A stretch of DNA of 63,786 bases, the filler included, from Asterionella formosa (taxonomy: Eukaryota), in the NCBI GenBank assembly GCA_002256025.1. It is 6 parts of 6 records of this genome, joined end to end, with 100 filler letters (N's around TTAATTAATTAA, not from the genome) between each part and the next. Parts side by side here need not be neighbours in the genome. Positions count along the whole stretch, not along the records: positions 1 to 28,151 come from NKIB01001280.1; 5 more parts are not named here. The stretch is one strand, 5' to 3'. The stretch's first letter is position 1; every line of letters begins with the position of its first letter. The notes beneath the pieces were generated by a model, which had not been told where the DNA came from, made no database searches, and was given only the letters and a program-made list of their open reading frames with translations. Below are positions 1-10,741 of this stretch, in pieces. The translations under genes were made by a program, and so were the position numbers.

Positions 1-1110
1 CACCAACTGCTTCTCCCACAGCAATCCCTACCTCTTCACCAACTCCAGGGCCAACACAATTGCCCACGGCATCGCCAACCGATGTTCCGACATCATCACC
101 AACTGCTTCGCCCACAGCATCGCCAACTGCAATCCCTACCTCTTCACCATCTCCAAGGCCATCGCAGCTGCCCACGGCATCTCCTACTAATGCTCCCACA
201 ACAGCTCCTACTATCTCCCCTACTGATGGACCAACAACAGTCCTGACATTGTTGCCTACAGAAATACCTGGAACGCCATCGGCATTCCCGACCGAGACCC
301 CTACTAGATCTCCTTCTGCCTCTCTAACCCCTGGTCCGACTGGTACACCAACCCCAGGGCCAACACAGTTGCCCACGGCATCTCCTACAAATGAACCAAC
401 TATGGCACCAACTCCTTCTCCCACAGCATCGCCATCAGCATCGCCAACTACAAACCCTACCTCTTCACCAACTCCAGGGCCAACACAGTTGCCCACGGCA
501 TCGCCAACCGATGTTCCGACATCATCACCAACTGCTTCGCCAACAGCATCGCCAACTGCAATCCCTACCTCTTCACCAACTCCAGGGCCAACACAGTTGC
601 CCACAGCATCGCCAACCGATGATCCGACAATAGCACCAACTCCATCTCCCACAGCATCGCCAACTGCAACCCCTACCTTTTCACCAACTCCAGGTCCAAC
701 ACAGCTGCCCACAGCCTCTCCTACCAATGAACCAACCATGGCACCAACTGCGTCACCCACAGCAGCACCAACTGCATTCCCTACCTCTTCACCAACTCCA
801 GGGCCGACTAACCTGCCCACGGCGTCTCCTACAAATGAACCAACCATGGCACCAACTGCTTCTCCCACAGCGTCGCCAACTGCAACTCCTACCTCTTCAC
901 CAACTCCAGGTCCAACACAGCTGCCCACAGCATCTCCTACCCATAAACCAACTATGGCACCAACTCCATCTCCCACAGCATCACCTACGGTGACTCCTAT
1001 CGCCCTACCAACTGCAGGGCCAACTAACCTGCCCACGGCGTTGCCAACCAATGTTCTGACAATAGCACCAACTGCTTCACCTACTCCAGGGCCAACTGCA
1101 AGCCCAACAT
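1..1110 (+). repeat. Coding tandem repeat, mostly 108-bp (36-aa) units of SPTPGPTQLPTASPTNEPTMAPT...
   Basis: ccaactccagggccaacacagttgccc-like unit recurs at about 39, 348, 468, 576, 684, 792, 900 and 1008. Confidence 0.9.
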
Positions 1111-2558
1111 CTATTCCGACCAAAACCTTAGTGACGCCTTCTCCCGTAGCCAGTTGCAATTGTGCATTACCTGACCTCAGTAATTACGCATTGATTGTTG
1201 AGGGCAACTGTACTTCATCTGCCAACAATTTTGCGTGGCCCGCGGGAATTGCTGTAGGAGGAACACTAAAAGTTACCGACAGTCAATACACGTATATTCC
1301 TGGTGCGTCTTATTTGGGAGCTATCAATGTTAACAACTGGAATTTTGGCGGTGGCAAAACTGTCTCTGCTAATGCTTTGGGCTTAGCTGGAGTCGATTTC
1401 GCCGCACTGAAATGTTTGGCGCAGAGCGCAACGAGCACTGATATCATTGGCAGTTTCAAGGTAATTGTCATGACCTCCGGAGGAACCTTTACGCAGAGCA
1501 GTTTCCGTCCGCAACCCTGGGATCCATATAGTAACCGTGAAAAGACTCTGGTTATTTTTAACACCAACCAGGATGTTATTTTGAATATGGATACATGGAT
1601 AAATTTCGGACTTTCTGTCCTTGCTCCATTTTCCAAGGTTACTTCGAACGTTAACTATGTCGGCGGGTTTATTGCTGCCAGAGAGTTCATTGATACTGTC
1701 TCGACTGCCCAGTATGGAGGTGTCTACTTTACGGGTGCACTGAGTTGTGGTCTACTGTCACCAGTGACAACGGCACTGCCAACGTCAAGTCCCACTCCCC
1801 TTCCCACCTCGTCTCCAACTCCTCCTACTCCAGTTCCTCCTGCACCTACCAGCCAACCCGTTGTTACTCCTGCTCCTGTTCCGACAGCTGCCTATAATTG
1901 CGCACTGCCAACTGCTACACTCAATTATGCGTTAATAACAGCTGGGGATGCAAAGGTCTCCGCTCATGATGTGTACCGTGCTGTGCACATTGGTGGAACA
2001 CTGACAGATGGAAGCACAAACGACAATGTAATTTCTGCAAACTACCAGAACCAAGTTTCTTGGATGGGGGCCTTGGGATCCCCAGTCAAGCCTACTGCTG
2101 GTGCAACCTTGGAGATTAAAGGACCTAATGTACAAAACGTTCCGTACCCCTTGCCTAACTATGTGGTTGGAGGATCTCCACAGCTTGACTTTGCGTTCTA
2201 TGAGTGGCTAACCAGAAATGCTAAAAGCTCCACAAGTGGCAACTATATGGTTGTAGTTGTGACAACTGGAGGAACGTACAATACTGAAAACTTCCGAGGC
2301 CCAAATGGCCAAGGCAGCGACAATGGCAATACTTTGGTCATCTTCAATACCAACCAGGACGTAACTTTGGATTGCACAAGCAGTAGTCGCCAGTTTGGTC
2401 CTTCAGTAATTGCTCCTTTCTCCAAGGTCATTATTAAAGGACGAGCTGGCTATGTTGATGGCTTAGTTGTAGCCAAACAATTCACTGATGACAACTTAAG
2501 TGCAGATTCCTTGCAAATGCATGGAAATGTCTATACTGGACCAATTACATGTGTTTGA
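3..2558 (+). CDS. 5'-partial mucin-like (Pro/Thr/Ser-rich) surface protein with two tandem choice-of-anchor-A / ice-binding-like beta-solenoid domains
   Basis: Frame is open from base 3. About 370 aa of PT/SPT repeats are followed by two homologous ~200-aa domains (NYALI..G / AVGGTL / TLVIFNTNQDV / FG.SV.APFSKV / YV.G...A..F), each bracketed by Cys and joined by a second PT linker. Family call by motif recall. Confidence 0.75.
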   Translation, partial: PTASPTAIPTSSPTPGPTQLPTASPTDVPTSSPTASPTASPTAIPTSSPSPRPSQLPTASPTNAPTTAPTISPTDGPTTVLTLLPTEIPGTPSAFPTETPTRSPSASLTPGPTGTPTPGPTQLPTASPTNEPTMAPTPSPTASPSASPTTNPTSSPTPGPTQLPTASPTDVPTSSPTASPTASPTAIPTSSPTPGPTQLPTASPTDDPTIAPTPSPTASPTATPTFSPTPGPTQLPTASPTNEPTMAPTASPTAAPTAFPTSSPTPGPTNLPTASPTNEPTMAPTASPTASPTATPTSSPTPGPTQLPTASPTHKPTMAPTPSPTASPTVTPIALPTAGPTNLPTALPTNVLTIAPTASPTPGPTASPTSIPTKTLVTPSPVASCNCALPDLSNYALIVEGNCTSSANNFAWPAGIAVGGTLKVTDSQYTYIPGASYLGAINVNNWNFGGGKTVSANALGLAGVDFAALKCLAQSATSTDIIGSFKVIVMTSGGTFTQSSFRPQPWDPYSNREKTLVIFNTNQDVILNMDTWINFGLSVLAPFSKVTSNVNYVGGFIAAREFIDTVSTAQYGGVYFTGALSCGLLSPVTTALPTSSPTPLPTSSPTPPTPVPPAPTSQPVVTPAPVPTAAYNCALPTATLNYALITAGDAKVSAHDVYRAVHIGGTLTDGSTNDNVISANYQNQVSWMGALGSPVKPTAGATLEIKGPNVQNVPYPLPNYVVGGSPQLDFAFYEWLTRNAKSSTSGNYMVVVVTTGGTYNTENFRGPNGQGSDNGNTLVIFNTNQDVTLDCTSSSRQFGPSVIAPFSKVIIKGRAGYVDGLVVAKQFTDDNLSADSLQMHGNVYTGPITCV

Positions 2559-3211
2559 TAAAAGAGATTGAAACTATAAAAACAATGAAGTAGCTCATGT
2601 TCTGTGCAGTTAAATTAGACGATATCTAATAAACCTTGTGTCATTTACATTATTAAAGACTTTTACTATACCTAGTTTTGGCTTTTTGATGAAAAATGCT
2701 CCTGACAAGGATGGAACAAATGGGCTTAACCTGCTGTGTATGTGAAGTCCCTAGGGTTCTGTGGTGTATGGCTTACGTCAATTCAGGTTGACTGTTTTGC
2801 TCTTGGGAGGAGTGTACTGGTATCCATTTGCGGCTACTGGTATTGTGTGAGTGTGGGGCGCCATGTTGTTTGGGGAGCAGCAAAAATAATGTTGACAAAT
2901 AATTTCTTTCCTTGGGATGGTCACATGTTGTTTTTGTACTGTGCTCTACGTATGATAAGTTTCCACAGAGATTTTTTCCTTTGTTTTCAGCTGGCTTTTG
3001 CTGTGTCCACATAGATTCCTGCCTCGGATTTTGTTGAATGGGTGCAAAAGGCATGTTTGCTTCCTCATGTTGGTCTGGTCACATCTTTCATGATCTTCGT
3101 CATCACTCGTCGTAAAAACAAGGCAATATATACATCAAGAAAAAGCAATTAGCAATTGATTCATAATTATTTATAGAAACAGCAGCAGAGGGCGGTGGCA
3201 GCAGCACCACA

Positions 3212-4507
3212 ATGAATGCAGTTTGTGCGCCTCGAATGAAATCGCCAATACGTTTCCAAAACAGTATGATGGTTGCATTTTTTGTTCCACTACTTGTATT
3301 CATCGTGCTCTTGGGAGGATTCATGGAAGCAATGATGATTAGCTACGAGGAATCAGCGGGGATCAAAGGAATAAACGCTTCATGCATTCTACAAGTCATG
3401 AACCAACCACAAGCAGCGCAACCCGGCGACAGCATTGGCAGTGACAATGACAGTGAAACCAGTGGTAATTATAATGCAAAAGATCTTGCATCTGGAGCAA
3501 CCGAGATTCCCTCGGTATCATCTGCACAACGCAATCAGCAACGTTCCCAACGAACCAACTATCATAGTAGGCAAACTGTCTCCCCATCACTAAATTATTT
3601 GACAAGAGCAGGTGACAATTATGATTCATTCTGCAGCACAAGAGATCTTGTCTACATTTTCAACAACATCTCGTCATCATCAACACTCCCAACGGACACC
3701 AAATTCAACATACCCAAACAAGTGCACCAAACATCCAAATCTAGATGTGTCACGCCACTAATAGCTCAATTAATCAAAACGTGGAAACTGGGAGAGGACT
3801 GGAGCTATTACTTTCATGACGATGACGCCATGGCACGCCTCTTTGCACTGGATTGGAGTCATGTCTTTCCACATTTAAAGCAAGTCCTCAACTGTATTTC
3901 CAACCGAGGAACACTCCTGGCAGATGTATGGCGGTATCTCATCTTGTATGAATATGGTGGGATTTATGTTGACATTGATTCTGTTCCAACGAAATTCAAT
4001 TCTACAACCATTCAACCTAATGACCAAGGATTCTTTGTTGTGGAACAATATCATTTATTATCACAATATTTCATGGCCATGACACCCAAACATCCACTCA
4101 TGTATTATGCCATTCATGCCTCCATGCTTCACATTTTAGAATCACCCGATACAGGAATGATCCAAGCTCCTGCTGTGACTGGACCACACGCACTCCATAA
4201 AGGGTTTGTGCATTATCGTATGGATGTAGGGGTACATGTCCCACTCTTTGGACCAGGTGAAAAATGCGTTTGGAAAGGTGTGTTTGCTGGAACAGACAAT
4301 ACAACCATTCGAGTTGAAGGCAAAGGAGAGAATGAAAATGAATATGTTAGACGAGAAGCAATCACAAGAGGGCATAAAAGAAAGGAATATGAAATGTTGA
4401 ATATGACTCATTTTTCAGACAATTTGAAACCAAGTGGACATTCCTGTTTGGCAGTCCTTTATCATGCAAAAGAAGATTCAAGGCGGCGATTATTGGAGGT
4501 TATGTAG
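3212..4507 (+). CDS. Glycosyltransferase family 32 (OCH1/SUR1-like, DxD), type II membrane protein
   Basis: N-terminal TM helix, IPKQVHQT, and ADVWRYLILYEYGGIYVDID (DxD) motifs; intronless 431-aa ORF. Confidence 0.85.
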   Translation: MNAVCAPRMKSPIRFQNSMMVAFFVPLLVFIVLLGGFMEAMMISYEESAGIKGINASCILQVMNQPQAAQPGDSIGSDNDSETSGNYNAKDLASGATEIPSVSSAQRNQQRSQRTNYHSRQTVSPSLNYLTRAGDNYDSFCSTRDLVYIFNNISSSSTLPTDTKFNIPKQVHQTSKSRCVTPLIAQLIKTWKLGEDWSYYFHDDDAMARLFALDWSHVFPHLKQVLNCISNRGTLLADVWRYLILYEYGGIYVDIDSVPTKFNSTTIQPNDQGFFVVEQYHLLSQYFMAMTPKHPLMYYAIHASMLHILESPDTGMIQAPAVTGPHALHKGFVHYRMDVGVHVPLFGPGEKCVWKGVFAGTDNTTIRVEGKGENENEYVRREAITRGHKRKEYEMLNMTHFSDNLKPSGHSCLAVLYHAKEDSRRRLLEVM

Positions 4508-4651
4508 GTTAAAATGCGATATTGGACATTCAAACTAACAATCATGAAAGCAGGAGGGGGGGGAGGCAGGCAGTCTTCTGTAGAGTATTTTGTTGTCATT
4601 AATAGCAGAACTACCAAATTTAAATTGAAACTCACTGATAATGTGCTTTAT

Positions 4652-4951
4652 AAGACCACAGCGTTAGTAGACCACAACGGTAAATGAGAAATTTGATAGC
4701 ACAGCCTGCTGACAAGTCCATGTGCTTCCCTAACGATGCTAGTGTAAGGTCAGTCCCCAATCATCATTGTGAACAATGATTGTCTTAGCTCCAGTGTTAG
4801 GGGAAACTCCGACTGCCTAGGAAGGCAGTACACTGCTTGTAGAGGGCAACCCACTTTTCCTTCTTGCACACAAGGCAAGACCTCACAGGATGGTGAGGAG
4901 TGTGGGAGTCACAACCTCAGATCAAAGGCAATGTGCTAAACCACCGAGCCA
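4652..4951 (-). mobile_element. Candidate tRNA-derived SINE, copy 1
   Basis: Minus strand begins TGGCTCGGTGG (Pol III A-box-like) TTTAGCACATTGCCTTTGATCTGAGGTT. Head and 3' block are homologous to 17004-17170. An (AT)n tract lies next to it. Confidence 0.5.
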
Positions 4952-5639
4952 TTTATATATATATATTTATATATATATTATATTTTTTAATATAATCTCT
5001 ATCTGGAAAAAGGATAACCATGCATCACCTTCAACTACTCCTGGGATTTTGTTTTGCAAAATACAATGAAGGTACCAGGAAGGTCCAGTAATCGAGATAT
5101 TTAGCTTGATTTTTCATAAGTGAAAAATTGTTTCAACAGATCTTCCAGGAGCAAATTGGATATGTGTGAACTGGTAGAGAGGGTATTCTTCAGCTCTCAA
5201 GGCAAAATTTGACATGGACCCCCCCCTTGGAATCAGGGGGGTTATCTTTTGTCAACAAGATGAGATGATTGTGATAAAAAAATAATATTAGATTTGTAAC
5301 CTGTTCCACCTTGAAATTTGACCAAAAAGGAAATTCAATTATGGATCATTGAGATCAAGCAAGTTTGAGATGGGCTACCGGTAGTAGTATGTATATAATA
5401 GAATGACTCTTAAATTCTTGAAAATCTAGACACGCATAAAATTTTGATGTCGAGAATGGAAATATTTATACTTGTCTACCGGTATGCGAAATCATAGTAT
5501 GTGCCAGTACCTAGTTGCGTACCAGGGTCTCACCTCACATGCTTGTACCTGGTACAGTATTTCTATGTATACGTACACAGTAACAGTTTACACTATTATT
5601 ATAGCTGTTATATACCTTCTGATCAGGTTACACACAAAC

Positions 5640-6701
5640 ATGATGCGAACAAAGGAAAAAGTCAACGCGGACGTTGTTGTCCTACATGTTGGCGACAACA
5701 CTCTCACAAGCTTTTATGCCTACGCCATCAAGGTATATAACGACCACACCATGGCATACCTGCAGGCAAAGCAACGGTTACAAACAGCGCAAACTCAAGT
5801 ACAGAATCTACTTGATTTGATTTCGCCCCAACGGCATCCGAATGCTATTCATACTGTTCTTCAAAATCATTATCAATTTGCTCATCAAGTCCACGAAGAT
5901 CAGCAACATGCTTATCGAATGGCGAAGCGGCAATTAGCGGAAGCAGAGACCTTCAAAAATGAACTAGAGCTGAAAGTTAGGGAATTGGATCAGAACAAAA
6001 AAAAAGCACTATTGCAGAGCATTCAACCAGCAGCACCTCTGAAGCAGCCTAGCAATGCGACGGAACGAACCGACATGAAACGGAACAAGAAAAATTCAAC
6101 CGATCAAGAGTCCAAAGTTACAACCAACGAACAATCGAACGATGAATCTATAAAGACATTGAAAATGACTCCTCAACACGCGACGACGGTGTCTCCGAGA
6201 TTCCTCAGTCGCCGTGGAAATACCATTCGTGGACCCTTCCGCGATCACAACAATGGCGATTCTCTGAAAAGGCCCAAGCATGTCATTTCCCATTGCAGCA
6301 ACATACTTCCGTCTACACCTAATATTGCTGCTACTTCTGCTGTTGCTGCTGTTGTTGCTGCTGTTCAGGCACCACTGGACATTGTCCCAGATGACAACAA
6401 ACCAGTCAACAGCGTGCCCACCATCAAACCAAATGACGAATTCACTGACTCTTACGTTTTCAAAAGAATAGACACGAAAAAGAGACGTCGCCAAAAATCA
6501 CTCATTCCTAGAAAGCTCAAGCGAAAAAGGCGATTGCAATCCATAGGAGACACATCAGTCATCGAAAGAGTGACGGCCAGTGCTGAACAAGAAGAAAACA
6601 TGAGAAAACTTTCATTGACAAGAGACAAAACAAAAGAAGAAGAATACGAAGAAGCCTCGCGAGTCAAGGAAATAATGGCCTTTGAATTGGGAATGGCATG
6701 A
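5640..6701 (+). CDS. Hypothetical protein with N-terminal coiled coil and basic low-complexity C-terminus
   Basis: Long ORF (5472-6701). ATG at 5640 is the likeliest start because upstream codons lie in a GTAC-rich intergenic-type tract. No recognisable domain. Confidence 0.5.
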   Translation: MMRTKEKVNADVVVLHVGDNTLTSFYAYAIKVYNDHTMAYLQAKQRLQTAQTQVQNLLDLISPQRHPNAIHTVLQNHYQFAHQVHEDQQHAYRMAKRQLAEAETFKNELELKVRELDQNKKKALLQSIQPAAPLKQPSNATERTDMKRNKKNSTDQESKVTTNEQSNDESIKTLKMTPQHATTVSPRFLSRRGNTIRGPFRDHNNGDSLKRPKHVISHCSNILPSTPNIAATSAVAAVVAAVQAPLDIVPDDNKPVNSVPTIKPNDEFTDSYVFKRIDTKKRRRQKSLIPRKLKRKRRLQSIGDTSVIERVTASAEQEENMRKLSLTRDKTKEEEYEEASRVKEIMAFELGMA

Positions 6702-7211
6702 ATACTTTTGTTCTTGTTACAATAAGAATTAGTTGAAATGGGCGGGGGCGGGGGGTTTGCATTTTGACAATGTCAATGCAACAAATTTGTAAGTAGTATT
6801 ATAACAACCGCGAGCAATTGCGAAAATTGGACACAAATATGCTACGGTAGATATTATGAACAACAACTTTGGTCGTGCTTACTTTTGTGCCTGTCTCGTT
6901 GTTTTTGGAAGGTCATGAAACCGACAAGCCAAACGAATATTCAAGCATCGGGATAAAATGCATTAAAAGAGAATTTCTTTTTGGGTGTGCAAAAAGTTAG
7001 TTTTTTCAGAACCATAACCAATGTGCGTGACGAGGGTGGAGCCTTCTGAAAGCATTATGAAGTTGTAAATCACGAGAACTACAACAACCTATGGCTTTCG
7101 ATCAGTGCTTAATCAAAAGGGTCACTTCAAACACTTTACTACAAGTATGACAAATGAAACGTTCGCAACGTTGCTTGTACCACCCAAACGTGGCAAAGTC
7201 ATGTCTACATT

Positions 7212-8152
7212 TTACCAATCCGCGGTTCCTTCAAATTGGTTACTGTTCGCAGGCGTAATGCCCTTGGTTGCAAGAAGTTTTCCCAATGGAGAATCGGCCT
7301 TGATTTTGCCACTCATAAAAGGATAAAACTTCCCAGGTGGTCCAGGGTTTTTAGTCAATTCTTCCTTGACTATTCCTTCAATTTGCTCTCGAGCATGTGC
7401 AATCGAATAGACCTTCTCTGCCACCTTGGCAGGTACAACGACCACTCCATCTTGATCTCCAATCACAGCATCTCCAGGACGAACGACGGTTCCGTTCATG
7501 TTGACAACTTCGTTGCATCTCCATGGTTGCATCGCGGCGGGTCCTTGACACGCGGTAACGGAGTGAGAGAAGCAAGGGAATCCATAGTCCAAAACTTCGT
7601 CGGTATCTCGGACCGATCCATTGGTAACAAGCCCTCCAATAGCAAGTTGCTTGAGGCGGAGGAATTTAATGTCGCCACCCACGGATTCCCATGGACCAAC
7701 CGAGGCCATGACGAGGACCTGTGTACACGTGTGGATCGGAATACATTGGAATGTGTGAGAAAACAAAGAAACCTTGGAGGAAACGATCTCCTCTAGTGTC
7801 GGAACAACTAGTTGGAACGTACCTCATTGGGTCCACAAAGCTCAAAGGCTTCATATTCTGGACTTTCACCACCTGGTGGTTTGTCAGCTGCAATATCAGG
7901 TCTAGCAGGGACAAACTGCAACGTCACCGCCCGTCCAACGCACTTGTGAGCTTTGTCAAGAGCCCTGGTCCCATTGATTTGTGCGTTGGGCCATCCCATG
8001 ACCCATAGTCCATCCACAAGTGCTTGTGTCGAAAGAGTTCCCAATCGAGTCAACAGTTCGTCAGATATGTGACCTCCCACCGCAGGCCCAGACGCGAAGG
8101 AGCGCAAAGGCAGAAGACATGACGTGCGGCGAACAAGGGTAGAAGACAACAT
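7212..8152 (-). CDS. RraA-like / HMG(CHA) class II aldolase family protein with mitochondrial-type presequence; exons 8152-7823 and 7718-7212
   Basis: Phase-0 intron GTACGT...ACACAG (7822-7719) joins ELCGPNE|VLVMAS into 278 aa. Motifs GRAVTLQF, GGD-x20-RD-x2-E and VRPGDAVIGDQDGVVVVP. N-terminus MLSSTLVRRTSCLLPLRSFAS is Arg/Ser-rich with no acidic residues. Confidence 0.85.
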
Positions 8153-9032
8153 GGGTGCGATGGAAACCGGTAGTTATGGAGGGGGAGAAATGGGAGAATG
8201 CAATGCAGCCTTCTTCCTCCAATTTTCTTTGGATCTTCCTCTGGTGTACTCCGTACGTAATACCGGTACCGGTATAGCAATCAATCAACACATCACGGCG
8301 GAGTTGAAGGTAATTTCAGCGTTACCTCAAAGTCGATGACGTTTGGTCATTATTTGTTGGACGGATTCGGATACGGTAGGGCCAACTCATCTACCGGTAT
8401 GTACGTAGTCCTACATGGGATATTGTACCAGTGGTGCAGTGGACCCAGAAAATCATGCACTTGCTTGGACCTTTTTGATGCCGGCTGGCTGATGGTAATG
8501 AGCATTGTCCCTGTTATTTAGTAGAGTTACCACCAATTTACTGAGTACTCCATACAAGGAGTACCATAGTCAACCGACGTCACCATGTATTTTCTGCAGT
8601 CATCTATTGCCCTTGACCATATGTTGATGCAATTGCGCCAAGACTGAATTTTAAAACAGGTCGATGCGAGTTGTGTAGCTTAGAATTACGTAGAGTCAAG
8701 GGGGTACTGTGTTTATGTGTTCTACAAAATCGTATACGTGGCTGATCTGACGTCAACATCCCTCAATCTTTTGTCATGTAGGCCAATCAAATTTCTTGCA
8801 TACGTTATTATGAATCTTATATAACTCGATCTACCAGTGTACATTACAGTCAAAACTTTCTAACTATTACCGTAATAACAGCAGCGTATTTTATGTAGCA
8901 CCTGGTACCTGATTCCCGTACCAGGTAATGAGAAATATGTGAAGTGTTTTCTTGACACCGAATTAGTAGCCGACCATCAGTACGCTGATATCATATTTCC
9001 TCTCCTTCAACCTTGTACAGTACATCGACACA
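8153..9032. promoter_or_regulatory. Putative bidirectional promoter between the two aldolase genes
   Basis: 880 bp separate the divergent ATGs. Contains a perfect TGACGTCA near 8748, further GACGT cores near 8337 and 8576, and GTACC/CCWGG clusters near both ends. Confidence 0.45.
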
Positions 9033-9791
9033 ATGGCTCTCCGACTAGCATCGTCCCGCGCTCTCGCCGCTACTACAGGCCGTCGCACTATGGCGACAGC
9101 GGTCGATTACATGCAAACGACCGAAACCTACGATAGCGTTCTTGACCGCTTTGCTCAAATTCGTGCTTGCGCCGTTCTTCGCACTGCCACAAGCGACGCC
9201 TGTCCCAAGGCCATGCAAGCTGCGATTGATGGAGGCTTCGAAATCGTTGAATTTACCCTGACGACTCCCAACTGTCTCCAGCACTTGAGTGACTTCCGTT
9301 CCAAATACGACGGCAAGGTCATGGTGGGTTGCGGAACGATCCTAACGATTCAAGACGCCCAAGAAGCCATGGATGCTGGGTCTGAGTTTATCATTACACC
9401 CGTCATGTTGCCGGATGTCATTGAATGGTGCCGGGACCACAAGATTGTATGTGTTCCTGGATGTCAGACTCCCACGGAACTCGTCACGGCCTACCGACAC
9501 GGAGCTCCCCTTCAAAAGCTCTTTCCTGGCGTTGCTGGTGGCCCTGGGTGGGTCAAGGCAGTGAGCTCGGCACTTCCCTTTCTTGCGATTAACCCGACAA
9601 GTGGTGTTGATTTGGACAATGCTGGTGAATTCTTGAAGAACGGCGCTGCCAGTGTTGGTCTTGTGGCACCCTTGTTTGATCAAGCTGCCATTGCTGCTGG
9701 TGACTTTGATCAAATTGCGAAGAATGCTGCCAAGGTTATGGCCAATGTCCGTGAAGCTGGACCTTTTATCCGAAAGGCTACCAAGTATTAA
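9033..9791 (+). CDS. eda: KDPG/KHG aldolase (Eda-like) with mitochondrial-type presequence
   Basis: Motifs AVLR, IVEFTLTTP (catalytic Glu), VGCGTIL, FIITP, PGCQTPTE, QKLFPG (Schiff-base Lys), PTSGV. N-terminus MALRLASSRALAATTGRRTMAT. Confidence 0.9.
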   Translation: MALRLASSRALAATTGRRTMATAVDYMQTTETYDSVLDRFAQIRACAVLRTATSDACPKAMQAAIDGGFEIVEFTLTTPNCLQHLSDFRSKYDGKVMVGCGTILTIQDAQEAMDAGSEFIITPVMLPDVIEWCRDHKIVCVPGCQTPTELVTAYRHGAPLQKLFPGVAGGPGWVKAVSSALPFLAINPTSGVDLDNAGEFLKNGAASVGLVAPLFDQAAIAAGDFDQIAKNAAKVMANVREAGPFIRKATKY

Positions 9792-10741
9792 AAATTCCTT
9801 ATTACAAAAATGTCTCATCTTTACGTTGATAGCAAAGAAAGCTCCTTCGTTTGCGGCAGTCCGAACGATAGTATACCATTTTATTATTTTATAGGAACAG
9901 CATAAATAAAGTTTCCGTAAAATTCTCTAGCCGATGAATCTGCTACATTTTATGAAAATCTACGAAGAGATAATGCTATTGCGATACCGGCACCTTGTAT
10001 GTATGTTTAGTGCCATGGGCTCTGAGTTGAACCATTTGTGGAGGGAGTTATGTACAGCACCAGCAGGCAGGGGTACCTGGTACTTAGTACCACCATATTT
10101 AATTAAATTGAATGTGATATTCATTTATAAGTACATCTTATATATCTTGTTTACAAGATTTAAGTTCTACGTATGATTTTATTTTAAATGCATCATCATG
10201 TGGTCAGCATTCTTGGTAAAGACAAAGCGACGTCATTGATGCTAATTTTCAGATCGACGGTTTCATATGTGTATCAAACACACGCGGAATGATAAGAAAT
10301 ATTGACAATGGTAATCAAATATATTCATGCATGAATAAAAGAGTACGATAAAACTTGCTCGTTTCAGAGAACTCAATCGAGTAAACAGCTACTACTGTTG
10401 TACCTTTTATAATACTTGTAGACTAGACTAGACCAGACTTACCCTGTTGATAGACACAACGATTACACTGGAAGTCTAGTCTACCATAATTTCGTTTGTG
10501 GCAACATCAGGGTGGAGCCGAACGACAAGCAACCAGAGGAGGTGCACACATCAAGCCACTTAGCGAGAGAGCAGCGATCTCCGATCCGTTTCAGTTTTCC
10601 TGCATGAGACTGGCTTCCATTCATTCAGGTTTCCTAATTATACTGGCTTCCACTCTTTTATTTCATACATTATAGAAGCAACAAAACATAGCGAAGCTGC
10701 CAACTAATTTCTCCTTTGGTCAGTTCAAAACTCAAGGCAGC

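Noticed and set aside
5000..5300. Helitron end at the C7/G6 hairpin near 5219-5241
   Set aside because: There is no CTRR terminus at the expected spacing and no alignable second copy was confirmed.
7236..7796. Antisense ORFs overlapping real genes (e.g. 7236-7796, 9342-9818, 32612-33040)
   Set aside because: These are shadow frames of codon-biased genes with no motifs of their own.
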